A stretch of 64,000 nucleotides of DNA, taken from an uncultured Acidimicrobiaceae bacterium. GTDB lineage: Bacteria; Actinomycetota; Acidimicrobiia; Acidimicrobiales; RAAP-2. The notes under the pieces are model-generated. The model was not told where the DNA came from. It saw only the letters and a list, made by a program, of their open reading frames with translations, and did no database searches. The stretch's first letter is position 1. Each line of letters starts with the position of its first letter. The translations under genes and the position numbers were made by a program. The DNA lies in NCBI GenBank assembly GCA_963726855.1, contig CAVSEB010000014.1, positions 2,668 to 66,667 of the forward strand. The letters are read 5' to 3'. Shown piece by piece: positions 26,708-36,317 of the stretch.

Positions 26708-26960
26708 GGAGCTCCCTCCTGCATGACGCCCACTGTGGGACAGAGTCGGTTTGGACGACCAGCGGGCGTACCGCCCGCCGGACTTCAATTGCCGGCGCCT
26801 GCGTCCGTGCGAGTGCCCGTGGCCGGGCTCACCGCGAGCTCGTGGCGAGAATCAGCCGATGGACGGAGCGGAGCACGCGCCAACTGAGCTACTGGGGGGT
26901 TCGCCTCTCGACACGGCCGCACCTCCTTCTCATCGACCCTTGGACAGGGATGGTGCATCC
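26708..26960 (-). promoter_or_regulatory. long structured 5' leader of the CBS/NRMT-like operon
   Basis: Hairpins on the minus strand: GCCCG-GCCA-CGGGC, CGCCGG-10 nt-CCGGCG, GGGCG-GTA-CGCCC, and a long-range CGCGTGCTC...GAGCTCGCG pairing. There is a perfect AAGGAGGTG SD with no long ORF behind it. Confidence 0.45.
26852..26914 (-). CDS. candidate 20-codon leader peptide (uORF)
   Basis: AAGGAGG sits 7 nt upstream of the GTG. Encodes VSRGEPPSSSVGACSAPSIG then a stop. The function is inferred only. Confidence 0.3.
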   Translation of the reverse strand: MSRGEPPSSSVGACSAPSIG

Positions 26961-27055
26961 CCGTATTCGACCGCACAGCTTATCTGGGTGTCTGCCCCAG
27001 ACCCCGGTACCTCGCCAGTTTCACGCTCGTCACAGAGCCAGGTACCGTCGTGGAC

Positions 27056-28284
27056 ATGGACCTCGCCTACCCGCCTGAAGCAGAGGAGTTCCGGTCCGAG
27101 ATCGCCGGCTGGCTCAGGGACAACCTGCCCGAGGGCTGGGGCACGGAGGGCTTCACCATGACTCCCCACGAGCGCACGCTGTTCAACGACGAATGGACCG
27201 CCAAGCTGTTCGAGGGGGGTTGGATCTGCGCCAGTTGGCCGACTGAGTACGGGGGCAAGGGCCTCTCCCTGCTCCAGCAAGTCGTGCTTGAACGAGGAAT
27301 TCGCCCGGGTGGGAGCACCTTTGCGGGGAGATTTCTTTGGAGACACTCTGGTTGGACCGACAATTCTCCAGTGGGGCACCGAGGAGCAGAAGCGGCAATT
27401 CATTCCAGGCATCCTCAAGGGGGAGATCGCCTGGTGCCAGGGCTTCAGCGAGCCCGACGCCGGGTTCCGACCTGGCCAGTCTCAAGACCCGGGCCGAGCT
27501 GGACGGCGACGAATGGGTCATCAACGGGCAAAAGGTCTGGACCACCCAAGCGCAGTACGCCGACTACGTCTTCCTACTGGCCCGGACGGATCCCGACGCG
27601 CCCAAGCACGCGGGCATCTCGTACCTCCTCGTTCCGATGAAGCAGCCCGGAGTCGAGGTGCGGCCCATCGAGCAGATCGACGGGTCGGCGGAGTTCAACG
27701 AAGTCTTCTTCACGAACGTGCGGTGTCCGAAGGACAACGTGGTGGGCGGGGTCAACAACGGGTGGAAGGTGGCCATGACCACGCTGGGATTCGAGCGGGG
27801 TACCTCTGCCACGACGGGTCACCGGCGGTTCCAAAAAGAATTCGACCAGATTCTCGAAGTGGCGCGCCAGAAAGGTCGCACCGGCGACCCGCTCATCCGT
27901 CAGCGCTTGGCCAAGTCGTGGTCCAAGATAAAGATCATGCAGATCAACGGGTTCCGGACCCTGACCGACGCACTCAACGGCACGCACACGACGGCGAAGC
28001 TCGGGGCGTGCAACAAGATGTTCTGGTCCGAGGCGCACCAGGCGACGTTGTTGTTGGCCATGGACATCTATGGGCCAGAGGGACAGATCCTGCTGGGCGA
28101 CGACGGGGAGGACACGGTGCTACCGGGCGCAAGGCGTTCCAAAGCCAACTACCCGGTGAACAACCTTCAGTCGCTCTACTTCTTCTCGCGCTCGGAATCG
28201 ATCTGGGGTGGTGCCGCCGAGATCCAACGCAACATCGTGGGCGAGCGCGCCCTCGGACTGCCCAAGGAGCCAAAGCCGGTCTGA
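27056..28284 (+). CDS. acyl-CoA dehydrogenase, two frame breaks as sequenced
   Basis: Three consecutive pieces in three frames. First, [20 protein letters not shown]...[12 protein letters not shown]. Second, [58 protein letters not shown]. Third, [27 protein letters not shown]...[21 protein letters not shown]. Breaks near 27286-27291 and 27461-27468. Confidence 0.85.
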
Positions 28285-28309
28285 CTCCTTGCAACCCCAG
28301 GTTAGGACG

Positions 28310-29110
28310 ATGTTGAACCTGAGCATCGGACAGATCTGCAAGCCTGGTGACATGCTCCGGCTGCAACTACCGGACGTCGGCGGACCACTGCGCTGGGTGA
28401 CGGGTCTCGTCGCATCGATCCTCAGACCGCCGGGAGAGTCGACGGCGGTGATGGTCGTGGCCGATCAGGCGGTCTTCGCCGAAGCGCTGGCGCTCGCCAT
28501 CGACAACGCAGGGTCGTCGTCCTGTGTCGCCGTAGCCGACAGCGCAGAGCAGGCGCTGCGCCTGGCCGTCCGCATCACCCCGGACGTGGCCGTCGTCGAC
28601 CTCGATCCTGACGGTGAGGACGACTTCTCCACCGTCAGGGCGCTCCTCGAGGCGCGGCCCGCGCTCCGCATCCTCCTCCTCACCGAACAGAGCCCGAGCG
28701 CCGGTCTCGTCCAATCCGCCGTGCAGGCAGGTGCGGCCGCCGTGTTCCCCAAGACGACAAGTCTCGGTGTCGTGGTCGCCGCCATCCCTTGCCTGTCCGA
28801 CGATCTCTTCACCACGGACCGCAAGACGATCACTGCATTGTGCGAGTCGGCGGGCACCCCAAAGAACAACAGCAACAGCAGCACCAACAACCACCGCCCA
28901 TCGAACCTTCTGACCCGGCGTGAGCGCGACATCCTCGCTTTGCTCGACCGCGGCATCGACCTGCCCACGGCTTCGGACCGGCTCGGCATCTCAGTCAATA
29001 CGACCAGGGGCTACGTCAAGAACCTGTACCGCAAGCTTGACGTCCATAGCCAAGTCGAGCTGCTGGCTGTGGCCCGGGACAAGGGCTTACTGGACGAAAC
29101 AACCGGGTGA
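28310..29110 (+). CDS. LuxR/NarL-family response regulator with atypical receiver
   Basis: C-terminal [48 protein letters not shown]. The receiver has VMVVADQ instead of the usual DD pair and keeps VAVVDLDP. There is an N-terminal extension of about 45 aa. Start uncertain. Confidence 0.75.
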   Translation: MLNLSIGQICKPGDMLRLQLPDVGGPLRWVTGLVASILRPPGESTAVMVVADQAVFAEALALAIDNAGSSSCVAVADSAEQALRLAVRITPDVAVVDLDPDGEDDFSTVRALLEARPALRILLLTEQSPSAGLVQSAVQAGAAAVFPKTTSLGVVVAAIPCLSDDLFTTDRKTITALCESAGTPKNNSNSSTNNHRPSNLLTRRERDILALLDRGIDLPTASDRLGISVNTTRGYVKNLYRKLDVHSQVELLAVARDKGLLDETTG

Positions 29111-29157
29111 CCACCTTCGACGCCACGGCGTCGGTGCGGTCAGAAGTGGGCGCGCAA

Positions 29158-29493
29158 CTAGAGGCTCGGCACGTAACCGCCGGCGCCCAGGGCCGAACTC
29201 TCGTCGAAGCTGAGCGACTCGTCGACGCCGCCGACGACCTCGGTCACCCAAGGGAGCCGCTCCTTGAGGATGCGCTCGACGCCGCCGGAAAGCGTGGCCG
29301 AACTGATTGCACAGGAGCTGCACGCACCTTGGAGCTGCACCTCGATCACCCCGGTCTCGACGTCGGCCCGGACCAGAACGAGGTCGCCACCGTCAGCCTG
29401 GACGGCAGGGCGCATGAGATCCATGATCCCCTGCAACTTGGTCAACCGCTCTGCTCGGTCGGCGTCGCTCACTTCCGCTGCGATATCTGGCAC
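29158..29493 (-). CDS. NifU-like (Nfu) Fe-S cluster scaffold domain protein
   Basis: MRPAVQADGGDLVLV...QLQGACSSCAISSATL contains the CxxC motif. Confidence 0.85.
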   Translation of the reverse strand: MPDIAAEVSDADRAERLTKLQGIMDLMRPAVQADGGDLVLVRADVETGVIEVQLQGACSSCAISSATLSGGVERILKERLPWVTEVVGGVDESLSFDESSALGAGGYVPSL

Positions 29494-29556
29494 CTTCCTA
29501 TTCTGCCGTGCCGAAGGGCCGGCGTGACCCAGGGGGGTCGTGGAGCGCCGAGGCCG

Positions 29557-30440
29557 TCAATCCAGCCCAACCGGATCCGGTGTTTCGCCCTGGACGACGG
29601 GATTGCGGAGCTCGCCGATGCCCTCGATGGCGATACGGACGACGTCGCCGTCCCGGAGAAACCGGGGCGGATCGAAGCCTGCGCCGACCCCGGCCGGGGT
29701 GCCGGTGGCAATGATCGTCCCGGGCTCAAGCGGAAAGGCTGTCGTGAGGTACTCGACCATCTCGCGCAGGCCAAAGATGAGGTCCGACGTTCTTGAATCC
29801 TGACGTAGCTCATCGTTGACCCAGGTACGGAGGGCCAGATCTCCGGGGTCCCCCAGCTCATCCGTCGTGACCAGCTCGGCCCGCAGGGCGCATGGGAGTC
29901 GAAGGACTTGCCCATGGTGAAGGTCGGGGTCCGCCACTGCCAATCGCGTGCGCTCACGTCATTGACGATGGTGAAGCCGGCGACGACCTCGAGAGCGCGG
30001 GCGGCCGGAACGTTCTGGCACCGCCGGCCGATCACCATGGCCAGCTCCCCCTCGTAGTCGACCATTTCGGAGACCTGGGGCAACACGATCGGATCACCAG
30101 GGCCAGCGATGGCCGTTCGTTGCTTGTTGAACCAGTACTGCCATTCGGGCTGCTCGCGCCCCAACTCGGCGATGTGGGCGTGGTAGTTCATGCCGATGCC
30201 GAGGATCGTCGGCGGATCCGGCACCGGAGCGTGGCGGCGCACGCCGTGGAGGGCGTGGCGCGCCGCACTCGTACGCGGCGCCGCGTCCAACGCGGGACGC
30301 GCTGCGGGCCCCAGGGCCAACACTTCCCTCATGGTTCCAGGGAGGCCAGTCGCCGGATCGCTCAGGTCGACGATCTCCTCCCCGAGCACCAGCCCGGGCC
30401 GCACCACACCGTTGGCGGCGGAGAAGCTAGCCAGACGCAT
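29557..30440 (-). CDS. fumarylacetoacetate hydrolase-family protein, frame-broken as sequenced
   Basis: N-terminus to ...DYEGELAMVIGRRC...NDVSARDWQ...MGKSFDSHAPCGP is in ORF 29469..30440. The C-terminus ELVTTDELGDP...GTIIATGTPAGVG... is in ORF 29557..29943. Break near 29876-29884. Confidence 0.85.
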
Positions 30441-30463
30441 TGTGTCTCACGCCGTCGCTTCGA

Positions 30464-31069
30464 TCAGCTGAGCTGCTTCTTGTAGTTTTCCCAAGATCTC
30501 GTGGCGTGGCGCGCAGAGAACGCACCGATGATCTCGACGACGCCGAAAAGGATGGCGAGGATGCCGACCATCACGATCACCGTCGTCAGGGTCCCGCCGG
30601 GGTGGCGGATGCACAGGAAACCCAGGCCAATCGCGATGACGCCACGGATGAGATAGAGCCACCAGAACGGCAGATGGTGGTTCGAGATCGACGACACGAC
30701 GTCGAAGATGCCGAGCACCAAGAACGACCACCCGATCAATATGGCGATCACGTAGATCGTGATGTGTGGCCAGACGAACCCGACAATGCCGGCGCCAACC
30801 CAGAAGACACCGAAGATGAGGTGCATCCAGCGTTGGCGAGCCATGCGCACCGATCCAACAATCTCGAAGAGACCTCCCACGATGAAGAAGCCACTGGCGA
30901 AATAGATCGCCGCGTAGACCGTGGCGTGGCGCCAGCTGATGACGAAGAACCCGAAAAGCACCGAGATGATGCCGCCCGCCAGATACCAGCCCCACATCTT
31001 CTCGAGCGCCGCGGTGACGGCGTCCCCGGTCGCGATGTCCTCGGTTGTGAGCGTGTCGGTCATGGTCAT
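30464..31069 (-). CDS. HdeD/DUF308-family membrane protein
   Basis: AAGGGGG precedes the ATG at 31069. Six hydrophobic helices with repeated G..G/W patterns (WGWYLAGGIISVLFGFF...). Confidence 0.75.
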   Translation of the reverse strand: MTMTDTLTTEDIATGDAVTAALEKMWGWYLAGGIISVLFGFFVISWRHATVYAAIYFASGFFIVGGLFEIVGSVRMARQRWMHLIFGVFWVGAGIVGFVWPHITIYVIAILIGWSFLVLGIFDVVSSISNHHLPFWWLYLIRGVIAIGLGFLCIRHPGGTLTTVIVMVGILAILFGVVEIIGAFSARHATRSWENYKKQLS

Positions 31070-31128
31070 CCCCCTTGGCGAGTAGGAGCGCACTACGTTT
31101 GCCGAGCGTACCGTCGCCGTTGACCGGT

Positions 31129-32340
31129 TTAGGGGATACAGGACGTCAGCGCGTGCAGGGTGCGGGCACCCCACGAACCAGCGACCGATGCCCAGCGCTC
31201 GGGGTGCTCGAGTACCTCATCGGATTCGAACCAGATCTCATCTTCGACTGGCTGGAGGACGGCTCGTGCCGACACGAGGGCGTCGGGGTCCGATTCAACC
31301 CGCCGGCGCAGAGTGTCGGCGGCGCGCCAGAGCTCCTCGCTCGAAAGCTCCATGGGCACGAACGGTGGCGGACCGTTCGTGCTGCGGGGAAAGGCAGGGA
31401 TATAGACGCTGACGCACGGACTCCCGGCAGCCACGTAGACCCGCAACGGAGCCCCGTCGTCCACCGCGTCGGGGAGCTCGGCGATCATGGAGGCCGCTGT
31501 CACGCTGACGTCACGGACGTGCATGCAGACGGTCACACCGGCGTAGTCCTCTCCCACCCTCGACGGGGGAAGCCGTACCGGTCCCGGTTCCCCCGGAGCG
31601 CCCCACGGTCCGGTGCCGTGGTCGCGCAGGTGTGCTGCCGTGGCTCGTGCCGTGAGCCCGCCGGGAGGAGCCGAGTCCAAGAAGCGGCGGCTGGCCGCCA
31701 GCCGGACGTCGGCGAAGGCGGTGTTCTCGTTGGCATCGCGGAACTCCGTGAACGCGGTTCCCGGTGCCAGCGCCGGTGAAGCGTGCGTCCACTCAGAGCC
31801 GATGCCGAGGCGGTTCGAGATGGCCGTTGCACCCCGCGCCAGGGCGACGGCGTAGTCGGTCCCGGCCGTCTCGAGCACGAAGGCCTCAGCAGGGTCGGCC
31901 ACGAGGAAGGAGGAGTCGTAGGCTTTTCCATGCGCGGCGTCCGCGATCCCGCCCTGGCCGCAAGACTCGAGCAGTCCGGTCATCACGTCGACAGCCTCGG
32001 CGGCGGTGCGTGACCGCTCCAGACCGAGTCGGACCAGGTCCATCCCGATCAGGGCGGGCTGGGCACGCGCCGCGTCGTGGATGGTGCCGACCCGCTCGTT
32101 GCCGATGGCCACGCCGTACTCGTTGACTCCATGCTCGGCTCCCCAGAGCCAGGTCGGGCAGGAGAGCAGGGCGGCATGCGCACCGGTGTCGCCGATGGTC
32201 AGGTACTGGGTGCGGAGCGAGCACCCGTTCGAGGAGCGCCGGCCGAAGGGCCATGTGATTTGCACTTCACCCGGCGGGCGGTCCGAATTCTTGGCGAAGA
32301 CCATGCCGCCCGGTCCCCGGGCACACATCGTGTCGCACAT
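31129..32340 (-). CDS. Ntn-hydrolase, C69/secernin-like peptidase
   Basis: The N-terminus MCDTMCARGPGGMVFAKNSDRP fits a Cys nucleophile after Met removal. Continues ...GVNEYGVAIGNE. Confidence 0.65.
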   Translation of the reverse strand: MCDTMCARGPGGMVFAKNSDRPPGEVQITWPFGRRSSNGCSLRTQYLTIGDTGAHAALLSCPTWLWGAEHGVNEYGVAIGNERVGTIHDAARAQPALIGMDLVRLGLERSRTAAEAVDVMTGLLESCGQGGIADAAHGKAYDSSFLVADPAEAFVLETAGTDYAVALARGATAISNRLGIGSEWTHASPALAPGTAFTEFRDANENTAFADVRLAASRRFLDSAPPGGLTARATAAHLRDHGTGPWGAPGEPGPVRLPPSRVGEDYAGVTVCMHVRDVSVTAASMIAELPDAVDDGAPLRVYVAAGSPCVSVYIPAFPRSTNGPPPFVPMELSSEELWRAADTLRRRVESDPDALVSARAVLQPVEDEIWFESDEVLEHPERWASVAGSWGARTLHALTSCIP

Positions 32341-32375
32341 GATCGCATTGTAGGGACGTGGGTAGGGTTACCAGC

Positions 32376-33665
32376 ATGGAACCACGTGCCGTGCTGGCGG
32401 TCGACGACATCGATCTCTCCGACATCGAGTTCTGGGCCCGACCCTGGGACGAGCGAGAGGGAGCCTTCCAGACGCTGCGCCGCCAGCGTCCGATTCCGCA
32501 CTTCGACGAACCTGAGATCCCCGAGGCTTTGACCTACGTCGTGCCCAGGGGAAACGGCTTCTACGCCTTGACCAAGCATGCTGACGTGGCCGAGGCGAGC
32601 CGCCATCCCGAGATCTTCCAATCGGGCAAGGGCGCAACTTCGATGATCGACTTGCCCGAAGAGATGAACGAGTTCTTCGGCTCCATGATCAACATGGACA
32701 ACCCACGCCACGCTCGCTTGCGCCGGATCGTGTCGGCGGCCTTCAACCCGCGCATGATCAAGTCGATCGAAGAACGCATCGACTACGTGGCCAATACCGT
32801 GATCGACCGGGTGGCCGACCAGGGCGGCTGTGACTTCACGGTCGAGGTCGCGGCCCGGCTGCCCCTCGAGATCATCTGCAACATGATGGGTATCGGGCCG
32901 GCCGACTACGACACCGTGTTCAACGCGTCAAACGTCATCCTCTCGAACGGCGACCCTGAGTACGTGGCCGAGGGCGAGGATCCGATGGTCGCTTTCATGA
33001 ACGCGGCGCAGCAGTTGAATCTGCTGATGAACGATCTGGCCCAATACCGAAAGGAGCACCCCACCGAAGATGTGACCTCCGCACTTGTCAACACCAATGT
33101 CGACGGTGAGGCACTGACCGACGCCGAAGTGGCGTCGTTCTTCATTTTGCTGGTGGTGGCCGGCAATGAGACCACTCGTAACGCGATCAGCCACGGGCTG
33201 CTCGCACTCACCCAACATCCGGATCAGCGAACCCTGTGGCAGGCCGACCCCGGCGCTGTGGCGCCGACCGCGGTGGACGAGGTCGTGCGCTGGGCCTCGC
33301 CGGTGATCTGGATGCGGCGGACGGTCGCTGAGGACACGGTCCTGGGAGGTCAGGAGATGGTGGCCGGCGACCGGGTCATCATGTTCTACAACTCGGCGAA
33401 CAGGGACGAGGACGTGTTCGAGGACCCGTACACATTCGACGTGCGGCGCGCACCGAACCCCCACATCGGATTCGGTGCGGCCGGGCCTCACTTCTGTCTG
33501 GGTGCGCACCTGGCCCGCGAGGAGATCGAAGTGATGTTCCGGCGCCTTTTCGAGCGACTCCCCGACATCGTCGCAACAGGCGAGCCCGACCGCCTGTTGT
33601 CCCCGTTCATCAACGGCATCAAACACCTCGACTGCACCTTCACGCCGGCGGCCGTCGCACGCTGA
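32376..33665 (+). CDS. cytochrome P450
   Basis: AGNETT (I-helix), EVVRW (ExxR), and heme loop FGAAGPHFCLGAHLA. Confidence 0.92.
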   Translation: MEPRAVLAVDDIDLSDIEFWARPWDEREGAFQTLRRQRPIPHFDEPEIPEALTYVVPRGNGFYALTKHADVAEASRHPEIFQSGKGATSMIDLPEEMNEFFGSMINMDNPRHARLRRIVSAAFNPRMIKSIEERIDYVANTVIDRVADQGGCDFTVEVAARLPLEIICNMMGIGPADYDTVFNASNVILSNGDPEYVAEGEDPMVAFMNAAQQLNLLMNDLAQYRKEHPTEDVTSALVNTNVDGEALTDAEVASFFILLVVAGNETTRNAISHGLLALTQHPDQRTLWQADPGAVAPTAVDEVVRWASPVIWMRRTVAEDTVLGGQEMVAGDRVIMFYNSANRDEDVFEDPYTFDVRRAPNPHIGFGAAGPHFCLGAHLAREEIEVMFRRLFERLPDIVATGEPDRLLSPFINGIKHLDCTFTPAAVAR

Positions 33666-33733
33666 ACCTTTGGCAGCGGTTCTCCCGCTGGCTCGACGAC
33701 CGCCAGCGCCGTTCGGCACTCACCGCCGTCCCG

Positions 33734-34601
33734 GTGGCGGTGCTCAAGAAGTACGGGGACGATCGGGGAGGATCGCTCGCCGCGCTCGTCACCTTCTACG
33801 GATTCCTTGCCGTATTTCCGTTACTCCTTCTCTTCGTCACCGTCGTCGGTCTGGTGTTGCGCCACAACCCCCAGGCTGAGCAACACATCATCCACTCAGC
33901 ACTCGGCGAATTTCCCGTGATCGGTGACAAGCTGGCGTCGAGCATCTCCGCGCTGCACAAACCCTCTCCGCTGGCTTTCGTGGTCAGCTTCGTGGGTCTC
34001 TTGTGGGGATCTCTCGGCGTGACCAGCCACCTCCAGACCGCGAGCGCGATCATGTGGGGCGTGCCGCGCCGCAAGGAAGCCGGACTTGTCCCGCGGCGTC
34101 CTGCGCGGCCTGCTCCTGCTGGGCACCATCGCCATGGCCGTCGTGGGGAGTGCCATCCTTGCCGGCATCTCGACCATCGGCGGGGTGGAACATAACGCGG
34201 TGGCCTACTGGGCCTACACGCTCGTCGGTGCGGCCGCGGTGAACTTTGCCGCCTATCTCCTGGCTTTGCACATCCTGGCTCCGCCCGGGACACGCTGGCA
34301 CCAGCTCGTGCCGGGCGCGTCGATCGGGGCGCTCGGTTGGACGATTCTCGAAGCGGCGGGCGGCCTCTTGGTGAGCCACGCTCTTCGGCACGCCACTGAG
34401 CTCTACGGTCTCTTCGCCACGGTGCTCGGCCTGGTGTTCTGGCTCTCCCTGGGCTCGCAGCTCTTCATCTACGCCGGCGAGACGAATGTCGTCCTGGCCA
34501 AGCGTCTGTGGCCGCGCCACCTCGACGAACAAGCCACGGCCGCGGCCGCCACGGCCACCGCGTCGGACGAGACTCAGGCCGTCTCGCCGCCGAACTCCTG
34601 A
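33734..34601 (+). CDS. YihY/BrkB-family membrane protein, frame-broken and with unclear start
   Basis: KKYGDDRGGSLAALVTFYGFLAVFPLLLL... is in ORF 33734..34195. It continues as LSRGVLRGLLLLGTIAMAVV... in ORF 34086..34601. Break near 34076-34085. The open frame extends upstream to about 33662 without an ATG, GTG or TTG. Confidence 0.75.
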
Positions 34602-34921
34602 TACGCAGCAAGTGCCCTCGGACCCCAGACGGTGCCGGGTCCCCCGTTCATGCTGATGGCCACGCCAATCATTTCGACTACCTCTTGGCGCGTCGCGCCC
34701 CGACGCACGGCGCCACGGGCGTGCGCGACGACGCAGCCGTCGCATTCACGGGTGATGGAGATAGCCAGAGCAATGAGCTCCTTGACCTTGGCCGAGAGCG
34801 CGCCTTCCTTCATGGCTGCGTCGTGGAGCGCCGCGTAGCCCGCGGTCACGTCCGGAATGGCCTCCTGCAGCTGGCGATACGGCTCCCGCAGCTCGTCCTG
34901 CACCTGGTGAAATTGTTCCAT
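34574..34921 (-). CDS. carboxymuconolactone decarboxylase (AhpD-like) family protein
   Basis: KELIALAISITRECDGCVVAHARGA contains the CxxC motif typical of the CMD/AhpD fold. Start taken at MEQFHQV. Confidence 0.8.
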   Translation of the reverse strand: MEQFHQVQDELREPYRQLQEAIPDVTAGYAALHDAAMKEGALSAKVKELIALAISITRECDGCVVAHARGAVRRGATRQEVVEMIGVAISMNGGPGTVWGPRALAAYQEFGGETA

Positions 34922-34946
34922 GGCGCATGCTGGCACGCGGCCAGCC

Positions 34947-35537
34947 TCAGTCCGGATCGCCGCTCTGTGGTCCTCGGTTGCGCACCTCTTCTACCTTGGC
35001 CATGGCTCCCCGGAGCTCGTCGATCCACTCGGATTCGTGCTGCCCGACCAGGCGCACGCACCAGGCCAGGGCCTGGCTCCGGCTGCCGGCCACGCCGGCA
35101 TCGATCAGGGTGTCGAGGACACGCCGATCGCGCATCCCGAGTCGGGTCATGGCGGGAACGCCGGCTGTCGTGAAGTGGACCCGCGAACCTCCGCACTGGG
35201 CACCCCACGAGACCGTCCGCCTGAACGCCGGCTGAGCCTCGTCGGCGATGCGCACCCTGGCGCCTCTGGTCTCCTCACGGAATCCGCTGATCCGGGCCTG
35301 CTCGGCCACCCTGACCTCGTCGTCTCCCGCCGCTTCGGCCAATTGGGGGGAGGTCAGGGTGCCGACGATAAGGATTTCGTCGCCGTCGATCTCGATTGTC
35401 GGGCTGCCCTCGAACCACCCCTCGGGTACGCGGCCGCTGAACCACGCGCTAATCAGTCGCTCCTGTTCGGGACCCGACGGAACCTGCTCTGCCGAGCGCC
35501 GGCGTCCCCGCTGGGGCCCTCTTCCTGTATCAGTCAT
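34947..35537 (-). CDS. conserved hypothetical protein with possible ribbon-helix-helix-like C-terminus
   Basis: ORF 34947..35537. The C-terminal MTRLGMRDRRVLDTLIDAGVAGSRSQALAWCVRLV resembles an RHH/CopG-type module; this is an inference. The ATG directly abuts an AT-rich repeat motif, so the transcript may be leaderless. Confidence 0.6.
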   Translation of the reverse strand: MTDTGRGPQRGRRRSAEQVPSGPEQERLISAWFSGRVPEGWFEGSPTIEIDGDEILIVGTLTSPQLAEAAGDDEVRVAEQARISGFREETRGARVRIADEAQPAFRRTVSWGAQCGGSRVHFTTAGVPAMTRLGMRDRRVLDTLIDAGVAGSRSQALAWCVRLVGQHESEWIDELRGAMAKVEEVRNRGPQSGDPD

Positions 35538-35551
35538 ATTACTAGATTACA
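35537..35551 (-). promoter_or_regulatory. GTAAT-repeat motif TGTAATCTAGTAATA (site 1)
   Basis: On the minus strand: TTCGTAATCATGTAATCTAGTAATATG. That is three GTAAT boxes with 8-nt spacing, the last overlapping the A of the ATG. 13 of 15 positions match site 2 at 43891-43905. Confidence 0.45.
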
Positions 35552-35594
35552 TGATTACGAACCGATAGCAAGCGGCCAATCAGCGCGGCCTCCG

Positions 35595-36056
35595 TCACGA
35601 GAGGAAGAGCTTGTAACCGAGGTGGGAGGGCACGAATCCGAGCCGCTCGTAGAAGCGGTGGGCGTCCTCCCGGGCACGATTGGAGGTCAGCTGGACGCGG
35701 TAGCAGCCGAGGGCCCGGGCTCGCTCGATCGCATCAGCCACCAGGGTCGAACCAATGCCGGCGCCCCGATGGTCGGGATGGACGTGCACGGACTCGATCT
35801 CGGCGCAGAGACCGCCGCGCCGGTGCAGGTGACGGAACACGATGAGTTGGCAGACCCCCACAACCTCATCGCCCAGCTGGGCCACGAGCACAGCACCGAG
35901 GCCCTCCTCGATCTCGTGCAGGGCCGACCGGTAGAGAGCGATGTCGCCGCCCTCTGGAGAGGTCTCGCCTGGAACAGACCCTCTCGCCAGGAGCTCGATG
36001 ACCAGGGGCAAGTCGCCGTCGGCAGCCCTGCGAATTAGTAGGTGTGATGGTGGCAT
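35595..36056 (-). CDS. GNAT-family N-acetyltransferase
   Basis: ...HVHPDHRGAGIGSTLV...RFYERLGF is an acetyl-CoA binding signature. Confidence 0.88.
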   Translation of the reverse strand: MPPSHLLIRRAADGDLPLVIELLARGSVPGETSPEGGDIALYRSALHEIEEGLGAVLVAQLGDEVVGVCQLIVFRHLHRRGGLCAEIESVHVHPDHRGAGIGSTLVADAIERARALGCYRVQLTSNRAREDAHRFYERLGFVPSHLGYKLFLS

Positions 36057-36101
36057 TGGCCTCTGGAGCGCGTCGGCATGCCCGCCATTGTTGTCCGACG
36101 A

Positions 36102-36317
36102 TCAGCGACCGCCGGGACGCACGCGGAGTGTGATGGCCCGTCGAGGGCAATCACGCGCAGCGCGGCGGGCGAGCACGGCCAGCTCGGTCGGGATCGGCTT
36201 GCCGTCGACCACGGGGTACCCCCATTCGTCGAGCGTGATGGCTTCGGGCAGCAGCTCGGCGCAGTAGCCGTAGGCGTCGCACGCCACGGGATCGATCACG
36301 ATCCGCACGCCGCTCAT
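36102..36317 (-). CDS. small ferredoxin
   Basis: MSGVRIVIDPVACDAYGYCAELLPE...ARDCPRRAI. ATGA overlap with the upstream NuoF-like gene. Confidence 0.75.
   Translation of the reverse strand: MSGVRIVIDPVACDAYGYCAELLPEAITLDEWGYPVVDGKPIPTELAVLARRAARDCPRRAITLRVRPGGR

Noticed and set aside
26878-26900. tRNA-like segment (minus strand CCCCCCAGTAGCTCAGTTGGCGCG), resembling an acceptor stem plus D-loop.
   Set aside because: No complementary D-stem 3' strand is present (GCTC...GCTC instead of GCTC...GAGC). There is no anticodon arm and no GGTTCGAATCC-type T-arm downstream, so no cloverleaf can be folded. The segment lies inside the candidate uORF/leader instead.
26708-26960. M-box (Mg2+) or yybP-ykoY (Mn2+) riboswitch in the leader of the CBS/NRMT-like operon.
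   Set aside because: Only partial resemblances exist (AGGAGGUGCGGCC versus UUAGGUGAGGCU; CCAGUAGC versus GGGGAGUAGC). They are in the wrong order and spacing, and the other conserved blocks are missing. The region is kept as an unclassified structured leader.
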